DNA of 45,705 nucleotides from Candidatus Omnitrophota bacterium (GTDB taxonomy: Bacteria; Ratteibacteria; UBA8468; MWAK01). The notes beneath the pieces were generated by a model. That model was not told the origin of the DNA. It saw only the letters and a list, made by a program, of their open reading frames with translations, and did no database searches. This document shows, piece after piece, positions 36,193 through 45,705 of this stretch. The DNA is taken from assembly GCA_043797665.1 (NCBI GenBank), contig JAZDPL010000040.1, positions 1 to 45,705 on the forward strand. The letters run 5' to 3'. Position numbers and translations under genes: made by a program. Positions within the stretch are counted from its first letter, which is position 1. Every line of letters begins with the position of its first letter.

Positions 36193-39100
36193 GTGAATCT
36201 GAAAGGACTCCTGAAAATGAGGGGATTAGGTAATGTTTTGTTAGTGCTGGCCATATTTTCCTGGGTAGCACGGGCTGCCGGCGGGGATGAGTTCACGATC
36301 CGGTTTGCCGACGTTATCGTCCGGATTGCAGGCGACGGGTCGGTGAATCAAATTCTTTACCAGGGTGAGGAACTCCTTGCCTGTCCGGTGGAGATGAGGA
36401 TTCTTGCCTCATACGACAAAAGCCCGATATCAGGGGAGGTTGTGAAGGTTCATTCAGACGAACAAATTGCGAGGGTGGAGATGACGAACTACCCGGCGAA
36501 ACTATCCTGGCAACACAAGTACGAGGTGACGGATGCCCTATCGTGGGCAGTTACCTTTCAGAACCTTACCGACAGGCGCCGGGTGATTGATGCAGAGTTC
36601 AAGTTCACGCTCAAGGGACGCGACCAGATGCCTTTTTTTGCGGGTGAAGGGGATCTGTTTGAGTGGCCTGATGAGGGTAGACTCCACTACATGTATCCCC
36701 GTACACAGGAGAGTTTGGAGGATTGGTACTCATGGTCTCCGATGATCTATCCGTTTGGCTGTTTGTTCAGTCGGGAGCGTGATGTAGGGCTATCATTTGT
36801 CGCAGACCTGACGACCCCCATTCCAACGACTCAGTTCCACGCCGGGTTGGCCGGGAAGAACACCGAGATGGTAATATGTCTGCCCCGCCTGCGTCTGGAA
36901 TCCAACGGTACACGCACAGCCACGTTCTACATCGTGCCGCATGCCGGCGACTATCGTGCCGGGCTCGGTTGGATGCGTGAGAGATGGCGAGACGCGTTCT
37001 ATGTGCGCGCCGGACTTGAGAAATACCAGAACTGCGCTTTCTGGCAAGCGTCGCACGGGCTCGGGCAATCGGGGATAGAGAAAGAAGCTTTACACGATTC
37101 ATGGTGGGATGAGGTGATGCGGATTTATCCGCACGGCGGTGGGTTAATCCAGTACCGTGTTCAACCCTTCTACGGATGCCATTTTCCCGAGAAGGAGCCG
37201 TTCCGAATCTATGCCGATTTATGGCTGCGGGTGATGCGCCACTATCCGGAGTACTGGCCCGGTGGGAAGGAGAAAGTTCCGGCAGGGCTACCTCCCAACG
37301 ATGCGCCCTGGCGCGAGCAACTGGCGTGGCTGTCCATCATCAATCCGAACTGGACACCTGCCCAGCGGCGTTCTTTCATGGCCGCAGGTCTACCAGGGGG
37401 GATGCAAGGCATGGGTATGTGCCACGAGTGGTACACCCACGATGACATCCATAAATTTGTGGACATCGCCCACCGATACGGATTCTTTCCCATCAATCAC
37501 TGCGATATTGATGAGGGATGGGATCCGTTCTTGCGTCAGGAATTTCCTGAGAGCTGTTTCATGGGCCGAGTCTACGCCGAAGAGGGGGTCTGGACGGTTC
37601 CGGATCCATTCCCGGGCAGTCGCTGGAAAAGCTACGTCATCGACCAGATTCGCCAGGTGTTTGAGCAGTGGCCCTCGGACGGCATCTTCGTGGACCAGCT
37701 TTACTATCAGTTTGATGACATGAAAAACGATGATGGCATTTCGGCCACCAGCGATGGAAAGCCTTACTCGGTGTTGCAACGCAATATCGGTATCACGCTG
37801 GGAGAGATTCACAATATCGCCGAGAAGCACGGGAAGATTATTATGGGAAATCCATCGCGCCCACCGATTGACATCGTGCGTCACACAGATATGACCAACT
37901 GCGAAAGCACGCATTTACCGGGCGTCGCCGATGAAATAGGGTTTTTCATGACTATCGGGAATCGTCTTTGCATACAGATGCATCAGTCAGAACTGATGTG
38001 GCAGTTGTGCGCGTTGCGGGGAAAATTGGCGTGGCTTGGCAGTCCGGCGGACAGACTGCTTTCAACGCTGGGGCGAGATAGCATGAGCCACCTCTCTTAT
38101 GGTTACTATCCGATATTGAACCTCTTACGCGGACGGCAATGGTTGCTCGAGCCACACGCACTGGAGGTGGGCGACGGCGCTGAGGGAAACATCTTTGAGC
38201 AACCCGACGGGAATATAATTGTCAACGTGGTCAGCCTCTGGACAGGCACTCGGGTTCCGTGGTGGCGGTTTGATGTCCCGGTGACCGTTCGCCTCAAGGC
38301 CGCGGAGGACATCTTTGCCGCATACGTGCTCTCGGCGGATACTCTCGGTCCGCGCAAGATTGACTTTCAGCGCCAGGGCAGCGTGCTCCATTTCAGTATC
38401 CCGCGACACCGCTCGGTGAGCTCGGTGCTTCTGGCAAAGACCGGGAGGTTTGTGACCCTGGAGAGCGACAGTGGTGTTGTTGGAACGGAGTCCAAATTCA
38501 ATCTGGCGATAGACAACTGGACAGACCGTCCCTGGACCTGGGAGGGCCGCGTGGTGAAAGAGGACATGAACCACGATAAAGGTGAACCGACCAGGCTCAC
38601 CGCGGAAGTGGGCGTGGGCCAGAGCACTACGGTTGAATTTCCTCTAATAATTGATGAATCTTCACAGGATGGGATTGACTACTTTCGTCTGACAGATTAC
38701 GGAGACTGCAGCCTCCCGACGTCTGACCGCTATGACGTGCAGTCGGCGACCTTCGAGGTCTTCGCTGAGAGCACTGTTTCTCTACACATTGCGCCGCCCG
38801 AGGAGATGGTGAAGCGGTGCTGGTCGAACACGGATTGGGCCAGGGAAGAGGGTGTTTTTATGCGTTGGACCACTCCCCTTTCGATATTTGTGGGAGAAGA
38901 GGCGACGTTCATCGTCGGGTTGCAAAATAACGCGGATACGCCTGCGAACGTTACCCTTATGACAGAAGGTATCGGCTGGAGATGCAATTTGCCCACGGCC
39001 CCGATCCCGATTCCAGCCCACGGACATAAGAGAGTTCCTGTCGTCGTGAAGGCATTGGTGCCCGGCACACGCAGGCTGGCGCTCGTCGCAAAGACCCCTG

Positions 39101-39594
39101 ATACGGTGGTCGCCCGGGGGGAAATCGCAATCCGCGTCGTGGCAACGACACTCGCTGAGGAAGATCTGGTCCGCGTACGTTCCGTGCGGATGCTCTCCGA
39201 TATCTGGAGGAATCCCGGTGGAGATGTGCAAATTTTTCTTAACTGGAAGAATGTGGGGATGCTTCCGTCCGCAGGGGGGGCTCCAATCTGGACACGCCGC
39301 CTGTTTACAGACCTGGCAGCGGAATCGCCTAAACTCCTTGGCTCCTGTAACACGATTACCGTTGAGCCTCGTGGGGTCCCTATCAAAATCCGTAATGTCG
39401 CGCTTGAAGTGACTTTAGACGATGGTACGGTCGCCCTTCTGAAGGCAACTGATTCCCGCGCCCAAAGCTCTCCGGCAGATTGGGCCTTTGCCGAGGGTCT
39501 CCGCAGGAAGTCCGGAGAGCCATTGCAATGGATCGTGCCGATCGGTGCGGCGTCTGTAAAAGTGAAAAGGGTCACCGATTGGAAAGAAAAGTAG
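36193..39594 (+). CDS. Large secreted putative glycoside hydrolase-like protein
   Basis: Signal peptide (start may be ATG 36217); HAGDYRAGLGW and DGIFVDQ motifs; similar to the protein at 12396. Confidence 0.6.
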   Translation: MNLKGLLKMRGLGNVLLVLAIFSWVARAAGGDEFTIRFADVIVRIAGDGSVNQILYQGEELLACPVEMRILASYDKSPISGEVVKVHSDEQIARVEMTNYPAKLSWQHKYEVTDALSWAVTFQNLTDRRRVIDAEFKFTLKGRDQMPFFAGEGDLFEWPDEGRLHYMYPRTQESLEDWYSWSPMIYPFGCLFSRERDVGLSFVADLTTPIPTTQFHAGLAGKNTEMVICLPRLRLESNGTRTATFYIVPHAGDYRAGLGWMRERWRDAFYVRAGLEKYQNCAFWQASHGLGQSGIEKEALHDSWWDEVMRIYPHGGGLIQYRVQPFYGCHFPEKEPFRIYADLWLRVMRHYPEYWPGGKEKVPAGLPPNDAPWREQLAWLSIINPNWTPAQRRSFMAAGLPGGMQGMGMCHEWYTHDDIHKFVDIAHRYGFFPINHCDIDEGWDPFLRQEFPESCFMGRVYAEEGVWTVPDPFPGSRWKSYVIDQIRQVFEQWPSDGIFVDQLYYQFDDMKNDDGISATSDGKPYSVLQRNIGITLGEIHNIAEKHGKIIMGNPSRPPIDIVRHTDMTNCESTHLPGVADEIGFFMTIGNRLCIQMHQSELMWQLCALRGKLAWLGSPADRLLSTLGRDSMSHLSYGYYPILNLLRGRQWLLEPHALEVGDGAEGNIFEQPDGNIIVNVVSLWTGTRVPWWRFDVPVTVRLKAAEDIFAAYVLSADTLGPRKIDFQRQGSVLHFSIPRHRSVSSVLLAKTGRFVTLESDSGVVGTESKFNLAIDNWTDRPWTWEGRVVKEDMNHDKGEPTRLTAEVGVGQSTTVEFPLIIDESSQDGIDYFRLTDYGDCSLPTSDRYDVQSATFEVFAESTVSLHIAPPEEMVKRCWSNTDWAREEGVFMRWTTPLSIFVGEEATFIVGLQNNADTPANVTLMTEGIGWRCNLPTAPIPIPAHGHKRVPVVVKALVPGTRRLALVAKTPDTVVARGEIAIRVVATTLAEEDLVRVRSVRMLSDIWRNPGGDVQIFLNWKNVGMLPSAGGAPIWTRRLFTDLAAESPKLLGSCNTITVEPRGVPIKIRNVALEVTLDDGTVALLKATDSRAQSSPADWAFAEGLRRKSGEPLQWIVPIGAASVKVKRVTDWKEK

Positions 39595-39603
39595 AGGGGG
39601 TAA

Positions 39604-40674
39604 ATGGAAAAGAGCGTGAAATTGGGAATGATGGTTATTGAAATGTACACGGTTTTGTTGTTTGCCGGAGGGACATCTTTCGGCACAGAATTGATTTGGA
39701 ATTTTGAAGAAGACACGGGATGTTGGGTGCCGGTCGGTGAAACAACCTTGACTCGAGACGATAAGGAAAAACATGATGGAAATTATTCAATACGGATAAG
39801 TGCCGGCGAAGGTCAAACCAATACTGCCCGTATTAGTGTGGAACCGGGGGGGGAATATTTGATTGAAATGTGGGTGAAGATAGACCCGACATTATCCGGC
39901 AAAATTCAAGCAGATGTAACACTGTGGGATGAACAAAAAAAATATACGGGATGTGCGCCGATTATAGGTATTGTCTCTAAACCCGGTGAGTGGAGCAAGG
40001 TATCAAAAATATTGGACATCCCGATGGAAGTGCATTCTCTGTTTATCCGGGCGCTACCGGCGGATTTTCAAGGAGAGGGTAAGATCGCGTGGTGGATTGA
40101 TGATGTCAGACTAAAAAAGGTTTTAGATACAGTTGCCACGCGGGAAGTTCTCCAATTTGATCCCGCAGGAAAGGGACATCGGCCTTCTCAATACAGGTCT
40201 GATTGGTTTAAGACCACTCCTACTATTGATTTTGAAGACATGTCGGGGTGGAAGATGGAGATCTGCGGCGAAGTGGATGCCGAATGTTACCGTAGCCAGA
40301 AGGAACTGTTGCAGGGAAGCTATACCGCCCGCCTGAGATATAAAAACGGCAAAGCATCCGATTACGTGGATTTGATACCGCCAGCACCTGTTTCTATAAA
40401 CGAGAAGTGGGACAAGGTAGAAATCTGGCTCTGCGGTTTTTCCGACCCGACCGATGACGGGCCGGTTGTAACTGTTTTCGTTGAAGATGGTAAAGGTACA
40501 GAGTACGTTATTCCGGTAGGACAAATCAATTGGACCGACTGGGCAACGATTGAGGTTAAGCCTCCTGTTTCGGTAGTGCAACCGACAAAGGTAAAAAAAA
40601 TTAGAATCTCCAACCTGGTGGCCGATACTGAAGAACGAACGATTTATCTTGATAATCTGGTATTTGCTCAATAA
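39604..40674 (+). CDS. Secreted protein with two carbohydrate-binding-like (galactose-binding fold) domains, possibly 3'-truncated
   Basis: WNFE...WIDDVRL and IDFE...IYLDNL jelly-roll signatures; its stop codon is the first three bases of repeat copy B. Confidence 0.6.
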   Translation: MEKSVKLGMMVIEMYTVLLFAGGTSFGTELIWNFEEDTGCWVPVGETTLTRDDKEKHDGNYSIRISAGEGQTNTARISVEPGGEYLIEMWVKIDPTLSGKIQADVTLWDEQKKYTGCAPIIGIVSKPGEWSKVSKILDIPMEVHSLFIRALPADFQGEGKIAWWIDDVRLKKVLDTVATREVLQFDPAGKGHRPSQYRSDWFKTTPTIDFEDMSGWKMEICGEVDAECYRSQKELLQGSYTARLRYKNGKASDYVDLIPPAPVSINEKWDKVEIWLCGFSDPTDDGPVVTVFVEDGKGTEYVIPVGQINWTDWATIEVKPPVSVVQPTKVKKIRISNLVADTEERTIYLDNLVFAQ

Positions 40675-41035
40675 CAGAAAGGAACGGGGCTCGGGCTGAA
40701 AAATTAATCCGGAAACACATTTCTGGTGCTATGAAAGGTGCCACCCGGTTTTTTGACGAATCGGGTAGTAAGGAGGCCTGATGGGATGGATAAGAGAAGT
40801 AGTGCAGAAAAGGTGCCCTTCTTCCTGTCATTCCGTACTGGATACGGAATCCATTTTTAAATACGGGATTCTCCCTACCTTGATGGTAGGGAACCCGTGG
40901 CGAAATACGCCTCAGAATGACAGAAAGAGAAGCAGTTTTACATTAATCGAGTTACTGGTGGTGATTGCCATAATCGCCATCCTTGCCGCGATGCTGCTGC
41001 CGGCGCTCAGCCAGGCAAGGGAGAAGGCCAGGCAG
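40672..41035 (+). repeat. Direct repeat copy B: orphan gntR 3' end plus prepilin 5' end
   Basis: [39 protein letters not shown] matches the gntR C-terminus; 24 bp longer than copy A. Confidence 0.93.
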
Positions 41036-41482
41036 TCCGGTTGTATTAACAACCTCAAACAGTTAGGGCTGGCGCTCGCTTTTTATCAGCAGGATTACGA
41101 TGACTGGTTTCCAAATGGAGATGGTGGTATCTTTAGGGATAGAATCAGCTCTTATCTCCCGGCACGATACCAGCAAGATATTACCTCTATTGAGGGACTC
41201 TGGCGTTGCCCGGCAGGCAAGCCGCACGTGGTGAGCTACAGAATGTACACGGGAAATAGATTGATATTTGGGGCGAGTTTTCCGACGCGTCTCTCCACGC
41301 TTGCTAATCCTTCGGGAACATTCATTATGTGGGACAATAAGGACAATACATTTTTGGATGGCCCCTCATTTGATCCGGTTAACTCGGCGGCGGCTTTAAC
41401 TCGGCATAGTGGAGGATGTAACTGGCTATATGCGGATAATCATGTTGAGTGGCGTAGTTCTTACCCCCCCTGGCCCCCTTAA
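40781..41482 (+). CDS. Prepilin-type N-terminal cleavage/methylation protein (H-X9-DG type)
   Basis: [13 protein letters not shown]...; [15 protein letters not shown]. Confidence 0.92.
   Translation: MGWIREVVQKRCPSSCHSVLDTESIFKYGILPTLMVGNPWRNTPQNDRKRSSFTLIELLVVIAIIAILAAMLLPALSQAREKARQSGCINNLKQLGLALAFYQQDYDDWFPNGDGGIFRDRISSYLPARYQQDITSIEGLWRCPAGKPHVVSYRMYTGNRLIFGASFPTRLSTLANPSGTFIMWDNKDNTFLDGPSFDPVNSAAALTRHSGGCNWLYADNHVEWRSSYPPWPP
40826..40922. repeat. Palindromic element copy 3 (97 bp) with nested hairpin
   Basis: 73-bp unit plus net 24 bp: CCCTACC-TTGAT-GGTAGGG-AACCCG. Confidence 0.85.
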
Positions 41483-41524
41483 AGGGGTGGTTGGTCCTTA
41501 GCCATTAAACCGAGTGAGGTTATA

Positions 41525-44500
41525 ATGTTTAGTAGACAAACGTTAAGAGCAATAGTGGTGATGGGATGCTTGCTGTTCTTGAGCGTAATTGGGACTGCTC
41601 AAGCAGAACCAACCACGATGTCCAAAGGGTTCTTAACCGAGGTAGAGATATTGGAGGGAAAGTCTACCGCCTTTATGGCAACGGTTAGTGACCCGGCGGG
41701 GTTAGACAAGTGGGCTCTCGTTCTAAATGGCGAGGAGAGCAAGCGGGAATGGATCTATGGCCGGGGAAAAAGTCTAACAACTGCAACATTCGGATGGACC
41801 ATAGACACGACCACATGCGGTTTAGGACCGGGAACCTATGTGGCAACTTTAGGCGTTTGCAATTGGGATGGGAAGTGGACCTTTGATTTTCCCTTAGGCT
41901 CCTTCACTGTTCTAAGTGTCAAGGGTTCTGTTTTGGATAACGGGGACAAGCGTTCCGTCATCTCTTCTCCCTATACTGTTCCGGAAATGGGGCAAGACCT
42001 ATTATTTAAAGAAGGCAACTTTGACAGTGACCCGGAGAAAGAGCTTTTTATGGGTAACCGGTTTGTCTCTGTGATTATTGAACCTCAGTTAGGAGGGGTG
42101 ATTTCAAGCTTTCGCTACCGCGGCGGTGAATTTACCCAGCCCCAGAGTTTTGACATCGCCGGTGGCGGAGGAGGTTTCTTCAGCGATCATGTAGTCAGCC
42201 AGGCTACGTATGGGGATTGGTGGCAGGTACCTTACAGGTATGAGATTTCGGAGAACAACCCGGAGAAAATACGCCTCCGGCTATCCTGCCCGGGAAAATC
42301 CAGCAATATGGCCTGGGTTACCTTTAACAAAACATTTACGCTGAGGCGAAATGAAAGCTGCCTTCAGGTTGACTATGACGTGGCTGTGTCTACGGCGGCC
42401 CAGGCGCCTCTCATGTGCGGTCTCTGGTTTCACAACTTTGTCGGCGTCAATCGGGGATGGTACGACCGGAAGCAAGTTACCTACTTTTTCCCGCTGGAGG
42501 ATGGAATTAAGACCGTACAGTGGGGCCAAGGGCCGACCGAGCAGTGGTACTATCAACCTGCCAGGGGCTGGACCGGGCTCGTAGATAGGGAAGAAAAAGA
42601 CCGCTTGGGTCTGGTATTTCAGATGGAATACAAGTATTTGAAGTGTTTCTATATCTGTGGCGTCCAGCGCGCCGGGGGGATGCCGACTCAGGAATGGCGT
42701 TTCAACGACATTGCGATTCCCCACGGTGATTCTTTTAAGACCACGATTTTCCTGATGCCTTTCCACGGCCTGAATGGGATTTCGGGGAGCGGCTCGGGTA
42801 TGGTCGGCAATCTGAATTGCGAAGATAACAAGGTTACGGCCACGCTGGTCTCGGGCAGAAAGAACGAGGCGGTGGCAACCTTAAGGTACCGGGTCCTTCC
42901 GGATCAGAAATGGCAAACAGTGGAGGAGCGGAAGGTCTCTTTCTTACCTGATGAACCGCTCTCTCTGGTATTTGACTTAAAGCAAGAGAGAAAGGGAACG
43001 CACGTCTTCTCTCTGCTTCTTCAGAAAGATGGTAAGGATCTGCTTGATCTTGAGGTGCCGAAGGATATTCAGGGAGCCAGTGGCATCTATGCCCTTGAAC
43101 CCAAGGAAGTGCGCTACGCGCCGCCGGCAAAAGAGGTGGTGGATTTAGCAGACAAATATATTTCAATGGAAGTTGAGACACCACACATCAAGTGGGCGAA
43201 ACCGTATTACAAAGGCAAGACCAAGGCAATCGTCCTTATGAAGGGCCATTACGAACGGGATATTATTGAACTTGCCCAGAGAGTGGACCTGGACCTGCAC
43301 TCCACGTACATCTTTGATTATGGCGGGAGCATAGGAGAGTTTGGTGACCTCCCTGGTCTATTGACCGAAGACGACCTTAAGGAGGGGATGAAAAAGCTGT
43401 TGAAGGACAATCCGGACTGGGAAGTTTTTGTTGCCCCCGGCTATGTCTTTGAACAATTTCCGGACGAGCAGCAGAGGCGGATTCTGGAGCGCGTGAAGGA
43501 AGGAGGTGGGTTGGTTCTGATTAATTTACCCAAGCACGGTCCCCTGGCCTCCATCTCTTCTTTGAACGCTGTCGCCGGGCCCGGGAGCCAGGGCAGTTGG
43601 GAGAAGGCGAAAGACCACTTCATCACCGCCGGAATTCCATTCTCTGTCCTGCCGGAACAGGGCCGGCCGGGTTTGGACATCGGTGAATACGGGAAAGGCC
43701 GTATAGCCGTGTTTGCGTATGTGACCGGTTGGAACAACCAAGAGTCCTCTCTTCTGCCGCTTATGAACAACCCTTTTGAGGAGCGGGGCCCTGAGCCGCT
43801 CCTCTTTAAATATTTTGAATACCAATTTTCTATCCTGGCAAAAGCGGTCCTGTGGGCGGCCGGGAAGGAGCCGCATCTACGGATTGAGCAAATTTCTGCG
43901 ATTCCTACCGCTCTTAATTTGCGTCTTGTAAATCAGGGAGGTCCGGAAAAGGTGAATCTCACCCTGAAAATTAAGGACAAATACTATGAGCCGCTCGGTG
44001 AGATAGAAAAGGTCGTGGAGCTCCCGGCCGGCGCAACCAGTATTGAGATTCCCTACTCTACAGACCTGCCCAACGGGTTAAACCTTTTTGACCTCTTCAT
44101 AAAAGACAGGCAGGAAAAGGTCATCAACTGGGGCTCAACCTCTCTGGAAGTCACCCATCCTGTCTGGATAGCGAAGATGGAATCTGACAAAGCAATCTAT
44201 CAGCCCGGCGACGAGGTAAAGATGGAGGTGCGCCTTGAAGGGGAGGTATCATCAGGAATTACCCTCCTGGCCCGGATGAGTGATGGTTATGGAAGAATAA
44301 TGGTAGAGGAAAAGAAAACGGTCAGCTCCAAGACCGAGGTGTTTTCCCTGAAGATGGAGCATCCACTGAACTACCTGCTTCTGCTGGAGACAGAGTTGAG
44401 AGCAGGTGGGAAAAAGATAGACAGCCGTTGTTTCTACCGACCGGTTAAGTTTGCCTTGAAAGAATCCGCGCACCGGGGAGACCCGGACTTAGTCGCCTGG

Positions 44501-45577
44501 ACAAGTTTCCAACGGTTTGGCATGAATAGCTACCTCTTTGACTATTACTGCCAAGGACTGGAAGAGTTGGGAATTAACGTAGGTTTCATGACTTCGGTCA
44601 ACGTTGTACCAACCTATGCGAATAGTTTTCTGAAACACAACCTCAGTCAGACCCTGTACAACTATGGCTTGGGGCCGCCTGAGGTCAAAGGGGACCCTGA
44701 GCATCCTGAGCGGGTGCCTTGTCTTAATGTTTCCTTACCTTTTGATGAAAAAATCAAGGAAGAGATACGTTCGTACCTGAGGAAGATGACGAGCGGAATC
44801 AGGGCAGTCGCCATTACGGCAGCGGACGAGGGCAGCTACTCTCCGTGGTTGCATGATTTCTGTTTTTGTTCCTACTGCATGCAAGCGATGCGGAACTGGC
44901 TGCGCGAAGAATATGCCAATTTGGATGCTCTCAATCACGAGTGGGGTACCAGTTTCAAAAACTGGGACGAAGTACGACCGCTCACCCTCAAGGAGAGCAA
45001 AGCAAGGGGCAATAATAACTTTGCCTCCTGGAGCGACCACCGAACCTTCAACGAGGTCACTGTGGCCAACTATTTCAGGGCATTGCGCGAGGCGGCGGAA
45101 GAGTTTGACCCAAGACTACGCCTTAACACCAGCGGCACGCAGCTCCCCCATCCATATGATGGATTGGACTACTGGCTCCTTACGAAAGCACTCTCGGGCG
45201 TGTTAACCTATTGCGGGTCTGATTGGTTTAATTGCTGGGCTCCCGAGAGTTTTGACCTGGGTAAGTGGACCGTTAACTTCTTCAAAGCACCGGACGCCTG
45301 GGACTGGGGAAAGTGGGAGACGTACGATCATCTGTTCCGGGGCGGCACCAGTTTTGCCGTTTGTGGAGAGCACCGGCTATTTACTCCGGACATGAGATAT
45401 TCTACCGTCGGGCAGGTATGGAAACAGTTATTCGGGCCAATAGCGTGCGGGGTAGGGCGTCTCCTGATAGAAAGCGAGTTAGTCAGGGATGACGTCGCCA
45501 TCCTCTACTCTCAGCGGTCGTTACACATCGCCTACGCTACCGGGCATCCTGATTCGCAACAGAACTGGTGGGGGTAA
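41525..45577 (+). CDS. Large secreted multidomain protein with a C-terminal GH42-like domain, probably truncated
   Basis: Signal peptide; ETPHIKWAKP; DFCFCSYCMQAMRNWLREEYANLDALNHEWGT; ends shortly after VAILYS, 34 bp before an IS end. Confidence 0.7.
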   Translation: MFSRQTLRAIVVMGCLLFLSVIGTAQAEPTTMSKGFLTEVEILEGKSTAFMATVSDPAGLDKWALVLNGEESKREWIYGRGKSLTTATFGWTIDTTTCGLGPGTYVATLGVCNWDGKWTFDFPLGSFTVLSVKGSVLDNGDKRSVISSPYTVPEMGQDLLFKEGNFDSDPEKELFMGNRFVSVIIEPQLGGVISSFRYRGGEFTQPQSFDIAGGGGGFFSDHVVSQATYGDWWQVPYRYEISENNPEKIRLRLSCPGKSSNMAWVTFNKTFTLRRNESCLQVDYDVAVSTAAQAPLMCGLWFHNFVGVNRGWYDRKQVTYFFPLEDGIKTVQWGQGPTEQWYYQPARGWTGLVDREEKDRLGLVFQMEYKYLKCFYICGVQRAGGMPTQEWRFNDIAIPHGDSFKTTIFLMPFHGLNGISGSGSGMVGNLNCEDNKVTATLVSGRKNEAVATLRYRVLPDQKWQTVEERKVSFLPDEPLSLVFDLKQERKGTHVFSLLLQKDGKDLLDLEVPKDIQGASGIYALEPKEVRYAPPAKEVVDLADKYISMEVETPHIKWAKPYYKGKTKAIVLMKGHYERDIIELAQRVDLDLHSTYIFDYGGSIGEFGDLPGLLTEDDLKEGMKKLLKDNPDWEVFVAPGYVFEQFPDEQQRRILERVKEGGGLVLINLPKHGPLASISSLNAVAGPGSQGSWEKAKDHFITAGIPFSVLPEQGRPGLDIGEYGKGRIAVFAYVTGWNNQESSLLPLMNNPFEERGPEPLLFKYFEYQFSILAKAVLWAAGKEPHLRIEQISAIPTALNLRLVNQGGPEKVNLTLKIKDKYYEPLGEIEKVVELPAGATSIEIPYSTDLPNGLNLFDLFIKDRQEKVINWGSTSLEVTHPVWIAKMESDKAIYQPGDEVKMEVRLEGEVSSGITLLARMSDGYGRIMVEEKKTVSSKTEVFSLKMEHPLNYLLLLETELRAGGKKIDSRCFYRPVKFALKESAHRGDPDLVAWTSFQRFGMNSYLFDYYCQGLEELGINVGFMTSVNVVPTYANSFLKHNLSQTLYNYGLGPPEVKGDPEHPERVPCLNVSLPFDEKIKEEIRSYLRKMTSGIRAVAITAADEGSYSPWLHDFCFCSYCMQAMRNWLREEYANLDALNHEWGTSFKNWDEVRPLTLKESKARGNNNFASWSDHRTFNEVTVANYFRALREAAEEFDPRLRLNTSGTQLPHPYDGLDYWLLTKALSGVLTYCGSDWFNCWAPESFDLGKWTVNFFKAPDAWDWGKWETYDHLFRGGTSFAVCGEHRLFTPDMRYSTVGQVWKQLFGPIACGVGRLLIESELVRDDVAILYSQRSLHIAYATGHPDSQQNWWG

Positions 45578-45611
45578 GATTTGGTTGGTTAACCCAGACA
45601 GACTATCCTTA

Positions 45612-45705
45612 TGTTCGTAGTCAAGTAAAAGTGTACCACCGTAGGCGTGCAAAAATGTACCACCCCCAAAGTCTCTTAAGATGTATCTTATAGGATGGCG
45701 ACCTC
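45612..45705. mobile_element. Terminus of an IS21-family-like element (partial)
   Basis: Begins TGT; tandem AAAA(G/A)TGTACCACC boxes at 45627-45640 and 45651-45664, the repeated-end pattern of IS21 elements; no transposase within the window. Confidence 0.7.

Noticed and set aside
38730..39716. 328-aa minus-strand ORF and other long antisense ORFs (e.g. 8231-9034, 13197-13727)
   Set aside because: They lie largely or wholly opposite well-supported + strand genes and show no recognisable motifs
35346..41035. Diversity-generating retroelement template/variable repeat pair
   Set aside because: No reverse transcriptase in the window, differences are not confined to adenines, and the repeat covers the conserved rather than the variable part of the gene
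1..45705. tRNA or rRNA genes
   Set aside because: No cloverleaf or rRNA-like segment recognised; the intergenic gaps are short or otherwise explained, though a covariance-model scan was not possible

Overview
A bacterial contig-like window, almost entirely + strand, with an insertion sequence at each end. A complete 2,244-bp IS4-like element (DUF6788-like helper gene plus DDE transposase, 19-bp perfect terminal inverted repeats) occupies 1-2244, and an IS21-like end starts at about 45612. Positions 2.3-4.8 kb are the right end of an island carrying a HEPN-like gene and a large serine recombinase, integrated at the (P)CPCG codons of comM/yifB. The orphan comM 3' half (4791-5342) is absent from the ORF track. 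The most unusual structure follows: toxin-antitoxin-like cassettes (DUF5678-like plus aspartyl protease; HEPN-MNT; decayed HEPN-MNT) separated by diverged copies of the comM 3' end that differ mainly at synonymous sites. The same pattern recurs at a gntR 3' end, where a 340/364-bp direct repeat brackets a prepilin-led cargo block. The rest is a sugar/amino-sugar catabolic region with GntR regulators, three prepilin/H-X9-DG proteins, DUF4838, an SSS transporter, GH-like proteins, UroD/MtaA-like and MttB-like proteins, an amidohydrolase-aminotransferase fusion and solo AAA/DUF4143 genes. Palindromic REP-like elements are translated in frame inside proteins, and some carry a nested 24-27-bp micro-hairpin. 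All product calls come from motif recognition by eye; no searches were run. The prepilin gene style suggests a PVC-superphylum-like host (inference only).
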